In this document: positions 24,464 through 32,803 of the stretch, one piece after another
Position numbering within the stretch: the first letter of the stretch is position 1
Layout of the letters: each line of letters opens with the position of its first letter
Source of the DNA: a virus
IMG/VR virus record: IMGVR_UViG_3300025540_000001
DNA length: 49,061 bases
Reading direction: 5' to 3' (one strand)
The notes under the pieces: generated by a model
Told to the model about the DNA's origin: nothing
Seen by the model: the letters and a program-made list of their open reading frames with translations, nothing else
Databases searched by the model: none
Made by a program: the position numbers and the translations under genes

Positions 24464-24475
24464 GGCGGTGATGCC

Positions 24476-26017
24476 ATGTTTCAAAACATTCTAGCACGCC
24501 TGAAAGGAATGTTTGCAAAAATGGGCCTGATCAAAGAAATAAACAATGTAAGCCAACTGGCTGCCGTCCAGGAATCAGAGCGGCAATACAATCGAATAGA
24601 GATTTGGAAATCCCTCTATCACGGCCATTTGGCGCAATACTATGGTGTCCCGTTTCATGAGACCCATTGGACAAGTGTGGACGGTGTTAGGCATAAACGG
24701 CGCCGGGCAACGATGGGTATGTCGAAGGTTGTCAGTCAGGAAATGGCAAAACTGGTTTTTAATGAGAAATGCGTGGTTAACATTTCGTGCGAAGGCAATG
24801 AGGCAGTTGAGGAAATGCTGCAGGATATCTTGAAACGCAGCCATTTCCACAAGCTGTTTCAGGACAAGCTCGAGACCATGTTCGCGATGGGTGGACTCGT
24901 AATCAAACCTTATTACAAGGACGGTAGCATTCATTTTTCTTTCGTGACGGCTGACTGTTTCCTGCCTGTACAGAGTACAAATGACCACATCGAGGCGGGC
25001 GTATTTCTAAACGTAACTCGCAAAGGTAAAAAATTTTACACGCTGCTGGAATGGCATACGTGGGATGACGACGGAACGTATGTGATCACGAATGAACTGT
25101 ACGAAAGCGACACAGAAGGAGCGCTCGGCTATAAGGTGCCATTGACAATCCTCTACCCGGATATTGAGCCGGAAACACGAATTGACGGGCTTACGCATCC
25201 GTTATTCGTGTATATAAAGCCAAACCTGGCCAATAATTTTGATTTGGATTCTCCACTTGGCATTTCGATTTACGCTAACGCGATCGATACACTCAAAAGT
25301 CTCGATGTGGCGTTTGACAGTTTCCAGCGTGAATTTATCCTGGGAAAAAAGCGCATAATGGTTCCGCAGCAGGCCTTGCGTACCGTTGTGGACCCGGCGA
25401 CAGGGCAAATGGTACGGTATTTCGACGTTGAAGACGAGGTGTTTAAAGCTTACGCCGACACAGACAATGAGGACAAAATTCAGGACATTTCCGTTGAATT
25501 GCGTGTACAAGAACACATTGACGCCATTAACGCACTGCTAAACATTCTAGCTTCACAGATCGGCTTTTCGGCCGGCACGTTTGCTTTTACAGGCGGCGCA
25601 AGCGTTCAAACCGCAACGCAAGTCATCAGCGAGAACAGCCAAACATTTCGAACAAAGAACTCTCATGAAACCGTTATTGAGGCTGGTCTGAAAGAACTAA
25701 TTCATGTCATGGCCGAAATGTTGGTACTTTACGGCGAGTTAGACAGCATACCAGAAATCGATGTGACGGTTGACTTTGACGACTCCATTGCTGAGGACCG
25801 CATCCAGAACGCGAATTTCTACATGACACTAGTCGCAGCCGAACTCATGCCAAAGATTGAAGCCATTCAGCGCATCTTTGATTTGACCGAAGAACAGGCG
25901 CAGGAATGGCTCAAGCAAATTCAGCAAGAGAGCACCCAACAGGTGCCACAGATGATGGAAAGCTTTTTGAGCACAGCTGAAACAAGTATCCGAAACGTAA
26001 ACAGGACGGGGAGATAA
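24476..26017 (+). CDS. Portal protein (SPP1 gp6-like by size and position)
   Basis: 513 aa, immediately after terL. Confidence 0.75.
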   Translation: MFQNILARLKGMFAKMGLIKEINNVSQLAAVQESERQYNRIEIWKSLYHGHLAQYYGVPFHETHWTSVDGVRHKRRRATMGMSKVVSQEMAKLVFNEKCVVNISCEGNEAVEEMLQDILKRSHFHKLFQDKLETMFAMGGLVIKPYYKDGSIHFSFVTADCFLPVQSTNDHIEAGVFLNVTRKGKKFYTLLEWHTWDDDGTYVITNELYESDTEGALGYKVPLTILYPDIEPETRIDGLTHPLFVYIKPNLANNFDLDSPLGISIYANAIDTLKSLDVAFDSFQREFILGKKRIMVPQQALRTVVDPATGQMVRYFDVEDEVFKAYADTDNEDKIQDISVELRVQEHIDAINALLNILASQIGFSAGTFAFTGGASVQTATQVISENSQTFRTKNSHETVIEAGLKELIHVMAEMLVLYGELDSIPEIDVTVDFDDSIAEDRIQNANFYMTLVAAELMPKIEAIQRIFDLTEEQAQEWLKQIQQESTQQVPQMMESFLSTAETSIRNVNRTGR

Positions 26018-26020
26018 TCT

Positions 26021-27130
26021 ATGCTAACCCCAAACCAACTGGAACAGCTGGCAAAGCCCCTGATTGACATTTACGGTCAACTGGAATCAGACATCATCAA
26101 AGCCATCGTGAAGCGTCTGGAGACAAAACAGGACGTGACAAAAGACAATATACTGCAATGGCAATTTGAGAAACTGCGGCAACTTGGTGACCTGAATAAA
26201 GACGTGATAAAACTTATTGCCATGATGTCAGGGAGAACGGAAAAGGAACTTGAAACACTCGTGAAAGAGAGCATGAAACAAAGCGTGCAGCCGATGGATG
26301 ATTGGTTGAGCGGACTGGCGGCAGACGGGAAGGTTGACCAGGCACCGCCGCTTGACCAGGACACGCGCATTTTCAATACGCTACTGACGTTTCAAAATCA
26401 AGCGAAACAAACGCTGAACTTAACAAATTCTACTATCCTAGCGAACAGCCATCAAGTTTATCGGGATATCATCTCACAGGCGACGGCAAGTGTTATGACT
26501 GGAATGAAAACACACCAACAGGCAGTGGCAGATACAGCGGCTAAATGGGCAGAGAAAGGCATTCCGGCACTTGTCGATAAAAAGGGGAGACAATGGTCAA
26601 TTGAGGGCTATATCCCAATGGTGATTAAGTCTGTGGCAAATAACGTGGCAAATCAAACGCAATTCGATCGTATGGACAGCTATGGCGTGGACTTAATCGA
26701 AATCAGTAGCCATATCGGTGCTCGCCCGGGATGTGCTCCCTATCAGGGCCGTATATTCGACCGTAACGGGAAAAGCAAAAAGTATCCATCATTGGAGAGT
26801 ACAACATACGGGCAGCCGGCGGGTATATTTGGGATTAACTGCCATCATCACCCATACCCGTACATCCCCGGTGTAAGCGTGAAGCGGTACGAACCGTACC
26901 CAAAAGAGGAAAACGACAAAGCCTATGAGCAAAGTCAGCAACAACGGAAGCTGGAACGGGATATCCGAAAAGCGAAGAACAAACTCAATGTCATGAAGAA
27001 ACTTGGTAGAGAAGATGATATTGCAGCGGCCAGAAAGAAAGTACGCGAAAAGCAGGCAAACATGCGGGCGTTTATTAACGAAACCGGCATGACGCGGCGG
27101 TATGACCGGGAACAAATTATTAAAGGATGA
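26021..27130 (+). CDS. Head morphogenesis / minor capsid protein (SPP1 gp7-like)
   Basis: 369 aa, follows the portal gene. Conserved-looking HIGARPGCAPYQGRIF segment. Confidence 0.7.
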   Translation: MLTPNQLEQLAKPLIDIYGQLESDIIKAIVKRLETKQDVTKDNILQWQFEKLRQLGDLNKDVIKLIAMMSGRTEKELETLVKESMKQSVQPMDDWLSGLAADGKVDQAPPLDQDTRIFNTLLTFQNQAKQTLNLTNSTILANSHQVYRDIISQATASVMTGMKTHQQAVADTAAKWAEKGIPALVDKKGRQWSIEGYIPMVIKSVANNVANQTQFDRMDSYGVDLIEISSHIGARPGCAPYQGRIFDRNGKSKKYPSLESTTYGQPAGIFGINCHHHPYPYIPGVSVKRYEPYPKEENDKAYEQSQQQRKLERDIRKAKNKLNVMKKLGREDDIAAARKKVREKQANMRAFINETGMTRRYDREQIIKG

Positions 27131-27136
27131 TTGGCC

Positions 27137-27344
27137 ATGAAATACGATGTGTGCACAAAAGAAAGAAAATTTGAAGTCGATGGTGTTGCTTACGTTTACT
27201 TTGAGTACGGTGTTCGATTTGCTGACGAGCTCGGAAGAACTTTGGCTTTGGTTCCGTTAAGATTATATCATTAAGGGCGTGCAAGGCGAGTTCTACCCAT
27301 GCAAGCCGGATATTTTCGAGCAATCCTACGAGACAACCGAATAG
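27137..27344 (+). pseudogene. Small gene split by a frameshift (45-aa ORF 27137-27274, plus a start-less continuation 27261-27344 in the -1 frame)
   Basis: ORF1 MKYDVCTKERKFEVDGVAYVYFEYGVRFADELGRTLALVPLRLYH-stop. The second frame reads DYIIKGVQGEFYPCKPDIFEQSYETTE-stop with no usable start. The two frames abut at about 27256-27262. Confidence 0.5.
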
Positions 27345-27410
27345 AAGGAGGTGATCCAACATCTCGGAGCTACGCCGTTTATGTGGCATTTTAATCTAGG
27401 AGGGAATCGT

Positions 27411-27668
27411 ATGATGAATGCACTAATTCCGGATTGTTGTGAACAATGTGAAGGAAAATACCCGGACGGAAGCTATGTCGTACCAAACAGCAATAATGTC
27501 CCGGGTAGAATAGGAAAACCGGCACAGGTTTTAGCCTGCTGCAATGGTTGCTTTTATATCCTTGATTTTGGAGACGGTAAAGGATCGTGTAAATGGTTCT
27601 GTGAAGATGAACTAGAACCTGTAAAAAATATGGGCAATTTGGTCACAATGAATAGCCAGATGAATTAA
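27411..27668 (+). CDS. Cys-rich hypothetical protein
   Basis: ATG at 27411 with RBS AGGAGGG. 10 Cys in 85 aa (CCEQCEG...ACCNGCF...CKWFC). Confidence 0.6.
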   Translation: MMNALIPDCCEQCEGKYPDGSYVVPNSNNVPGRIGKPAQVLACCNGCFYILDFGDGKGSCKWFCEDELEPVKNMGNLVTMNSQMN

Positions 27669-27718
27669 TTAAATCGCCAATAGGCGGCTTTTTTATTGCC
27701 TAGAAAGGAGCGAAATAC

Positions 27719-28381
27719 ATGTTTAACCTTTTGCGATTAGACTTGCAATTTCATGCTGCGGACACCGGAGCAGACGGCGGCAGTGCACCGGGTGATACCG
27801 GGCGAGGGGGTGATCAACAAACACAGACGCAGCAAACCCAGCAGACACCATCGGCTCAACCACAGCAAACACAAACGCCGCCTGCACAGCCACCGCAGCC
27901 TGAGCCACCAAAAGTGGACACAAAGGAGATCCGCAACAAGGCTCAGGCAGACCTTTTGAAAAAGCTTGGCTTTGAAAATGTGGATGCCCTGCAGGAAGTG
28001 CTGACTAAGTACAAAGAGATTGAGGATTCGCAGAAGACCGAGTTTCAAAAGCAAGCTGAAAAGCTGCAGGAATTGGAAACGAATTTTTCGTCCGTCTCGG
28101 AAGAAAATGCCACTTTGAAAGCCCAGATCAGCGCCATGAAAGCAGGGGTGAAGGCGGATGCCGTGGAGGATGTTGTCGTACTCGCCAAACAGCTTATTTC
28201 TGATGATGTGGACATGGATGCCGCCATAAAGCGAGTCTTGGAAAAATACCCACAATTCGGTCAGGAAGTCACGGCGCAACAGCAGCAAGAACCCCCAAAA
28301 CCGCAGTTTACGCAAGGCCAGCACAATCCCAGCCCACAGCAAACTGAGCTGGAAAAGTGGCTTGCGGCATTTAAAAAATAA
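27719..28381 (+). CDS. Scaffolding protein
   Basis: 220 aa. Q/P-rich N-terminus then coiled-coil-like sequence. Directly upstream of the major capsid gene. Confidence 0.65.
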   Translation: MFNLLRLDLQFHAADTGADGGSAPGDTGRGGDQQTQTQQTQQTPSAQPQQTQTPPAQPPQPEPPKVDTKEIRNKAQADLLKKLGFENVDALQEVLTKYKEIEDSQKTEFQKQAEKLQELETNFSSVSEENATLKAQISAMKAGVKADAVEDVVVLAKQLISDDVDMDAAIKRVLEKYPQFGQEVTAQQQQEPPKPQFTQGQHNPSPQQTELEKWLAAFKK

Positions 28382-28403
28382 AATTTTAGGAGAGTGATAG
28401 AGA

Positions 28404-29318
28404 ATGGCATCAGTAAACTATGCCGAACTGTATTTACAGGCACTTCAACAAAGATTCGTTGATGCCCTTATGTTTAATGACCTTTACAATACGCCAAACA
28501 ATGACAATATCAAATGGATTAATGCGAAAACCGTCCAAATCCCTCATATTGTTGTTGGTGGGTATCAAGATGTTGCTCGTGATGCCGTAGGCGGTTATAC
28601 TCGCCGCGCTGACAACGCATGGGAAAGCAAGACCTTGCAACACGATCGGGAATTCCGCACGCTTGTTGACCCGACAGATATCGATGAAACAAACCTTGCT
28701 TTAAGCATCGCCAATATTACCCGGGTTTTCAATGACGAGGAAAAAATTCCGGAACTTGACAAATACATGGCGTCAAAACTGTACACGGAATTTACCAAAT
28801 ATGGCGGTACTGCATTGACGGACAACATCACGGAATCAACTGTTTTGGGCATGTATGATGAACTGATGTATGAAATGGATGAAGCTGAAGTACCGCAAAA
28901 CGGACGTATTCTTTATGTGACACCAACGGTTTCAAAAGTGCTGAAAAACGCCGATAAAGTGACTCGTTTCTTGCAAGTGACGGATGCAGGTGGCGCCATT
29001 AATCGTAATGTTCGTTCACTCGATGAAGTTAAAATTGTAACGGTTCCATCGTCCCGGATGAAAACCATTTACAACTTTACGGATGGCGCAGTTGCGGACA
29101 CATCGGCTGCCCAAATCAATATGATCTTGGTCCATCCGTTATCGATCATCACCCCGATGAAATATGAATTTGTGTCTTTGAGTGAACCAAGCGCCGTAAC
29201 AGGCGGCAAATACCTGTACTACGAACGCGCTTACTGGGATGTATTTGTGCTTGAACAAAAAGCACCTGGCATTAAATTTGCGATCACACAACCTACTCAA
29301 CAACAGTCAGGGTCTTAA
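28404..29318 (+). CDS. Major capsid protein
   Basis: 304 aa. Strong RBS AGGAGAG. Position after scaffold. Terminator downstream. Confidence 0.7.
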   Translation: MASVNYAELYLQALQQRFVDALMFNDLYNTPNNDNIKWINAKTVQIPHIVVGGYQDVARDAVGGYTRRADNAWESKTLQHDREFRTLVDPTDIDETNLALSIANITRVFNDEEKIPELDKYMASKLYTEFTKYGGTALTDNITESTVLGMYDELMYEMDEAEVPQNGRILYVTPTVSKVLKNADKVTRFLQVTDAGGAINRNVRSLDEVKIVTVPSSRMKTIYNFTDGAVADTSAAQINMILVHPLSIITPMKYEFVSLSEPSAVTGGKYLYYERAYWDVFVLEQKAPGIKFAITQPTQQQSGS

Positions 29319-29319
29319 T

Positions 29320-29348
29320 AGAGGAGCTTTACGCTCCTCTTTATTATT
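29320..29348 (+). terminator. Intrinsic terminator/attenuator after the capsid gene
   Basis: AGAGGAGC-TTTAC-GCTCCTCT followed by TTATTATT. Confidence 0.65.
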
Positions 29349-29366
29349 GTAAGGGAGGCATAGACA

Positions 29367-29603
29367 ATGGGTGAAATTAGAGTGCGAAAAGAAAACCGCG
29401 TCCTAACCATTCCAGAAACACGCCTGCATGTTTATCTGCAAGATGGATATGACCAGATCGACGATGTCGGAAATGTCATTAAAAGGGCAACCGGTGGACG
29501 TATGGTTTCACTCGCCGAATATAATCGGCTGCTTGACCGTGTGGCGGAACTGGAAAATGAACTTGCAGCTCCAAAAGGAACCAAGCAGAAAAAGAGTGAG
29601 TGA
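29367..29603 (+). CDS. Hypothetical head-associated protein
   Basis: 78 aa. RBS AGGGAGG. Confidence 0.55.
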   Translation: MGEIRVRKENRVLTIPETRLHVYLQDGYDQIDDVGNVIKRATGGRMVSLAEYNRLLDRVAELENELAAPKGTKQKKSE

Positions 29604-30043
29604 CGATGAAATACATCGATCAGAATTTCTACACGAACGAATACGGCGGTACGCCAATCCAAGACGATAAATTTGAGCAGATAGCAAACGCGGCGGAACG
29701 TGCGATCGACCAAGCAACCTTTTTCCGCCTGAGCGAAAAGGATTTCGCAAAGTTCGTTCCGCGGATTCAATGGCTTGTAAAAATGGCAATATCCGCGCAG
29801 ATGGAGTATTTTTATGAACTAGGCAGCCACACGGAAGCGGGCATGCAGACGGTACAAAGTGCATCAATCGGCGGGTTTAGCTTTACGGATCCGCAGAAGG
29901 ACAATAAGAAAAACTTATTGCGGTCCGATGTTGCAATGGAATATCTTGCGCAAACAGGGCTGATGTACAACGGCGTGGACGTGCGTGAAACGTCGTTTAT
30001 TCCCTTTGTGGGACCGTTCAGGGGTGATTACTATCTTTATTAG
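29600..30043 (+). CDS. Head-tail connector / head completion protein (by position)
   Basis: 147 aa, ATGA overlap with the upstream gene. Confidence 0.5.
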   Translation: MTMKYIDQNFYTNEYGGTPIQDDKFEQIANAAERAIDQATFFRLSEKDFAKFVPRIQWLVKMAISAQMEYFYELGSHTEAGMQTVQSASIGGFSFTDPQKDNKKNLLRSDVAMEYLAQTGLMYNGVDVRETSFIPFVGPFRGDYYLY

Positions 30044-30059
30044 ACCGATTCCACCTATT

Positions 30060-30398
30060 ATGATGCCGCACACCGTACAGCTACATTCTTACACAGGTAG
30101 CAGCCGATATGGTGATTCATACGCGGATCCGGTCACGATCACACATGTTCGTGTTGTGCCAAAGTCTCAGCTAAAATTCGGAGCCAACGCTGAAACAATC
30201 GACTTTATATCTATGCTGTATATCGATGTAAACACGTCAAATCAAGTCGTGAATGGCATAGAACAGGATTTGAAAATTGTCCCGAAAGAAAAAGACAAGG
30301 TGACGTATGACGGCAAGGATTACATCATCAGTAACGCGAATGAGCTACTGGCCGGAAATGAAGTCCATCATTATGAGTGCGAACTGAACGGGATGTGA
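30060..30398 (+). CDS. Head-tail joining / minor capsid-type protein (start uncertain)
   Basis: Track ORF 29985-30398. The first ATG after the upstream stop is 30060. Confidence 0.5.
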   Translation: MMPHTVQLHSYTGSSRYGDSYADPVTITHVRVVPKSQLKFGANAETIDFISMLYIDVNTSNQVVNGIEQDLKIVPKEKDKVTYDGKDYIISNANELLAGNEVHHYECELNGM

Positions 30399-30403
30399 AC
30401 AGA

Positions 30404-30757
30404 ATGATTAGCGTACAAGTCGATATCGGGAATATCCCTAAAAAAATCGATAAAGCGATAGCATACGGGCTATACGTCACAAGCGAACAAGTGCGGAAAG
30501 ATTGTAATTACTATATCCCAAAAGATCAAGGCACGTTGGAACGGTCATCTTTTCAGGCATCGGATTTGCAGCGTGGTGAAATTGTTTGGGATACGCCCTA
30601 TGCGCGACGACTTTATTACCATCCAGAATACAATTTTTCTAAAGACAAAAACCCGCATGCTCGTGGCTTGTGGTTTGAAGAAGCAAAGGCAACACGTGGT
30701 AGTCAATGGAGAACCGTTGCACAGGAAGGAGTGAAACGGGGACTTGACAGAGAATAA
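30404..30757 (+). CDS. Tail completion / HK97 gp10-like protein
   Basis: ATG at 30404. Motif WDTPYARRLYYHPEYNFSKDKNPHARGLWFE. Confidence 0.55.
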   Translation: MISVQVDIGNIPKKIDKAIAYGLYVTSEQVRKDCNYYIPKDQGTLERSSFQASDLQRGEIVWDTPYARRLYYHPEYNFSKDKNPHARGLWFEEAKATRGSQWRTVAQEGVKRGLDRE

Positions 30758-31172
30758 CGCAAACGAACTCGATTTTCAGGACTGTATGATTGACGCAATT
30801 GAAGCAAATTGCAATCTGTTTGCACCTATCGATGTTCCAATCATCAGGATCAACGAGGACGGCACAGGCAGTGGTATCGCCTTCATGTTAACACCGATTG
30901 GCGAGGAAACAAGATACATGGATGGTGGCCGTGACAGGATGTACGCTTTTCAAATTAGTGCTCGCAGCCCTGACCAGCTACAAGTTTTAAACACATTATT
31001 CAGTATCAATAGGTTCATAGATGGGCTAAAAAGCGGAGATATCCAAAGCAAAAATGGAACATTTGAGTTTATTAATGCCGTGGTGCGAAGCGTGCCGAAT
31101 TTGGTGCAGGCCGACACTCACGGTTTTTTATATGTCTCAAATTTCGAAGCTGAACTTTTATTGAAGGAGTGA
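30744..31172 (+). CDS. Tail terminator-type protein (by position)
   Basis: 142 aa, TTG start (alternative ATG 30786). Confidence 0.45.
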   Translation: MTENNANELDFQDCMIDAIEANCNLFAPIDVPIIRINEDGTGSGIAFMLTPIGEETRYMDGGRDRMYAFQISARSPDQLQVLNTLFSINRFIDGLKSGDIQSKNGTFEFINAVVRSVPNLVQADTHGFLYVSNFEAELLLKE

Positions 31173-31177
31173 TCTAA

Positions 31178-31657
31178 ATGGCTTTTAATCTGAACTATAA
31201 GAACAAGTTCGAGATTGATACCAAAGGCAACCTGGATCCGAACCAAATCGACGGCGCAACTTTTGAACCATTGGCCGCCGGAATTTCAAGTGTAACACCA
31301 TCACCGGGTGACACTACGGACAATACGGCCTATTACGATGGCGATGGCTTTGCCAACACAGATGTCACCGGGAAAAACTTTTCAATCGCATTCAGCGGCA
31401 ACCGCGTAGAAGGGGATGCAGCCCAGGATTACGTTGCAAGCAAAGAATTCGCAATCGGCGACGACGTAAAAACATTACTTCGCTGGACCAAATCAGACGG
31501 CACAGTTTTAGTGGCGCAAATTACGATGAGCGCAATCACCACATCAGGTGGTAATGCAAACGCAAAACAAACATTTTCGTTCACGGCAAACATTAATGGC
31601 CTGCCAATAGTAACCGCGCCAACAGGCAGCGGAACAACAGAAACGACAGGGGCTTAA
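31178..31657 (+). CDS. Major tail protein
   Basis: 159 aa. RBS AAGGAG. Located before the chaperone pair and tape measure. Terminator/attenuator downstream. Confidence 0.65.
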   Translation: MAFNLNYKNKFEIDTKGNLDPNQIDGATFEPLAAGISSVTPSPGDTTDNTAYYDGDGFANTDVTGKNFSIAFSGNRVEGDAAQDYVASKEFAIGDDVKTLLRWTKSDGTVLVAQITMSAITTSGGNANAKQTFSFTANINGLPIVTAPTGSGTTETTGA

Positions 31658-31670
31658 TGAATAACACCAT

Positions 31671-31700
31671 GGATGGCGATATTTCGCCATCCTATTTTTT
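31671..31700 (+). terminator. Intrinsic terminator/attenuator after the major tail gene
   Basis: GGATGGCG-ATATTT-CGCCATCC followed by TATTTTTT. Confidence 0.65.
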
Positions 31701-31732
31701 AGCATAAAGGAGCATAAAGGGGAGAAATAATC

Positions 31733-32161
31733 ATGATTAAAATTGACCTAAACGAAACAAAAAAAGATTTCAGAATAAAAGATAAAACATTCACCGCCAA
31801 CTTTTCGGATGACACGTTGCGCCATTATTTCGAGATTGGCAAGGAAATAGACAAATTGGATAAGGATTTTGAAGAAAAATTTCCAGACATTGAGAATGAA
31901 CGAGATTTTGGAAAAGTAGCACAGGCCGTTATTGAAGCATTGCCAGTCCGGGCGGAATCCTACCAAGAATTTTTTGATGAAACCTTTGGCGAAGGATCCG
32001 GGGCCGAAATTTACGAGATTTGTGGAGAAAGTACGCCAAACATGAAAAAAGTATTTGATGCAGTATGGAACGAGATTTTAAAACACATGGCGGGAATTGA
32101 AACGAAAGAAGAGACCACGGCCAAGAAATACATCAAGAATAAAAACATTCAAAGGCGATAG
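31733..32161 (+). CDS. Tail assembly chaperone (G-like, by position)
   Basis: 142 aa, acidic, upstream of the tape measure gene. Confidence 0.55.
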   Translation: MIKIDLNETKKDFRIKDKTFTANFSDDTLRHYFEIGKEIDKLDKDFEEKFPDIENERDFGKVAQAVIEALPVRAESYQEFFDETFGEGSGAEIYEICGESTPNMKKVFDAVWNEILKHMAGIETKEETTAKKYIKNKNIQRR

Positions 32162-32167
32162 ATAACC

Positions 32168-32785
32168 ATGTTGAGCCTAAAACAGCCGTTAGAAAGCGAA
32201 ATAGAAATAAACGGAAAAAGATATCAACTAGATTTATCTTTTGACAATGTTTTGCGGTGGTACGATTTGATGAATGACGACGAAGTAAACGAAATTGGAA
32301 AAATAAATTTTGCATACATGATGTTTGTCATTGATTGTCCAGACGTAGACATAGACACAAAAATTGCAACCGTAAAGGCCATTTCAGAATATATCCAAGG
32401 TGATGAAGAAACCGGAGAAAACGACGATTCAAACAATACAAAAGAGTATTTGAGCTTTGAAAAAGATGCAGATTATATCTTTGCATCATTCATGCAAGAA
32501 TATGGGATTGACCTAATAGAGCAGCAGGGAAAGCTACGGTGGGAAAAATTTATTGCACTTTTTAACGGTATGAGATCCGAAACGAAAATTAATCAAATAA
32601 TCGGGATCCGGGCCGCAGATTTGCCAACCGGTAACAGCCCGGCAGAAATTGCCGAGCGCAACCGACTAATTGAATTAAAAGACCTTTATGCACTAGATAA
32701 AGAAGCATCTGTATCATTGCAGGAAAAAGCAATGGACGATATGTTTGAACGACTAGTAAAAAGCGCACAGCAAAACAAGAAATGA
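32168..32785 (+). CDS. Second tail chaperone-position protein (Gp15-like)
   Basis: 205 aa. In the same reading frame as 31733-32161, separated only by TAG plus 2 codons. Confidence 0.5.
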   Translation: MLSLKQPLESEIEINGKRYQLDLSFDNVLRWYDLMNDDEVNEIGKINFAYMMFVIDCPDVDIDTKIATVKAISEYIQGDEETGENDDSNNTKEYLSFEKDADYIFASFMQEYGIDLIEQQGKLRWEKFIALFNGMRSETKINQIIGIRAADLPTGNSPAEIAERNRLIELKDLYALDKEASVSLQEKAMDDMFERLVKSAQQNKK

Positions 32786-32803
32786 AGGGGGTGAAATAGA
32801 AAA

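Noticed and set aside
27120-27389. 89-aa minus-strand ORF over the frameshifted small gene
   Set aside because: It opposes the late operon and has no RBS. The plus-strand frames give a more coherent, though interrupted, gene.
27737-28342. 201-aa minus-strand ORF opposite the scaffold gene
   Set aside because: It is antisense to a correctly placed scaffold gene that has a good RBS. The product is a repetitive L/R/F-rich sequence.
32120-32161. Canonical -1 programmed frameshift site at the end of the first tail chaperone ORF
   Set aside because: There is no X XXY YYZ heptamer in the zero frame (aag aat aaa aac att...), and the downstream ORF is in the same frame, not the -1 frame.
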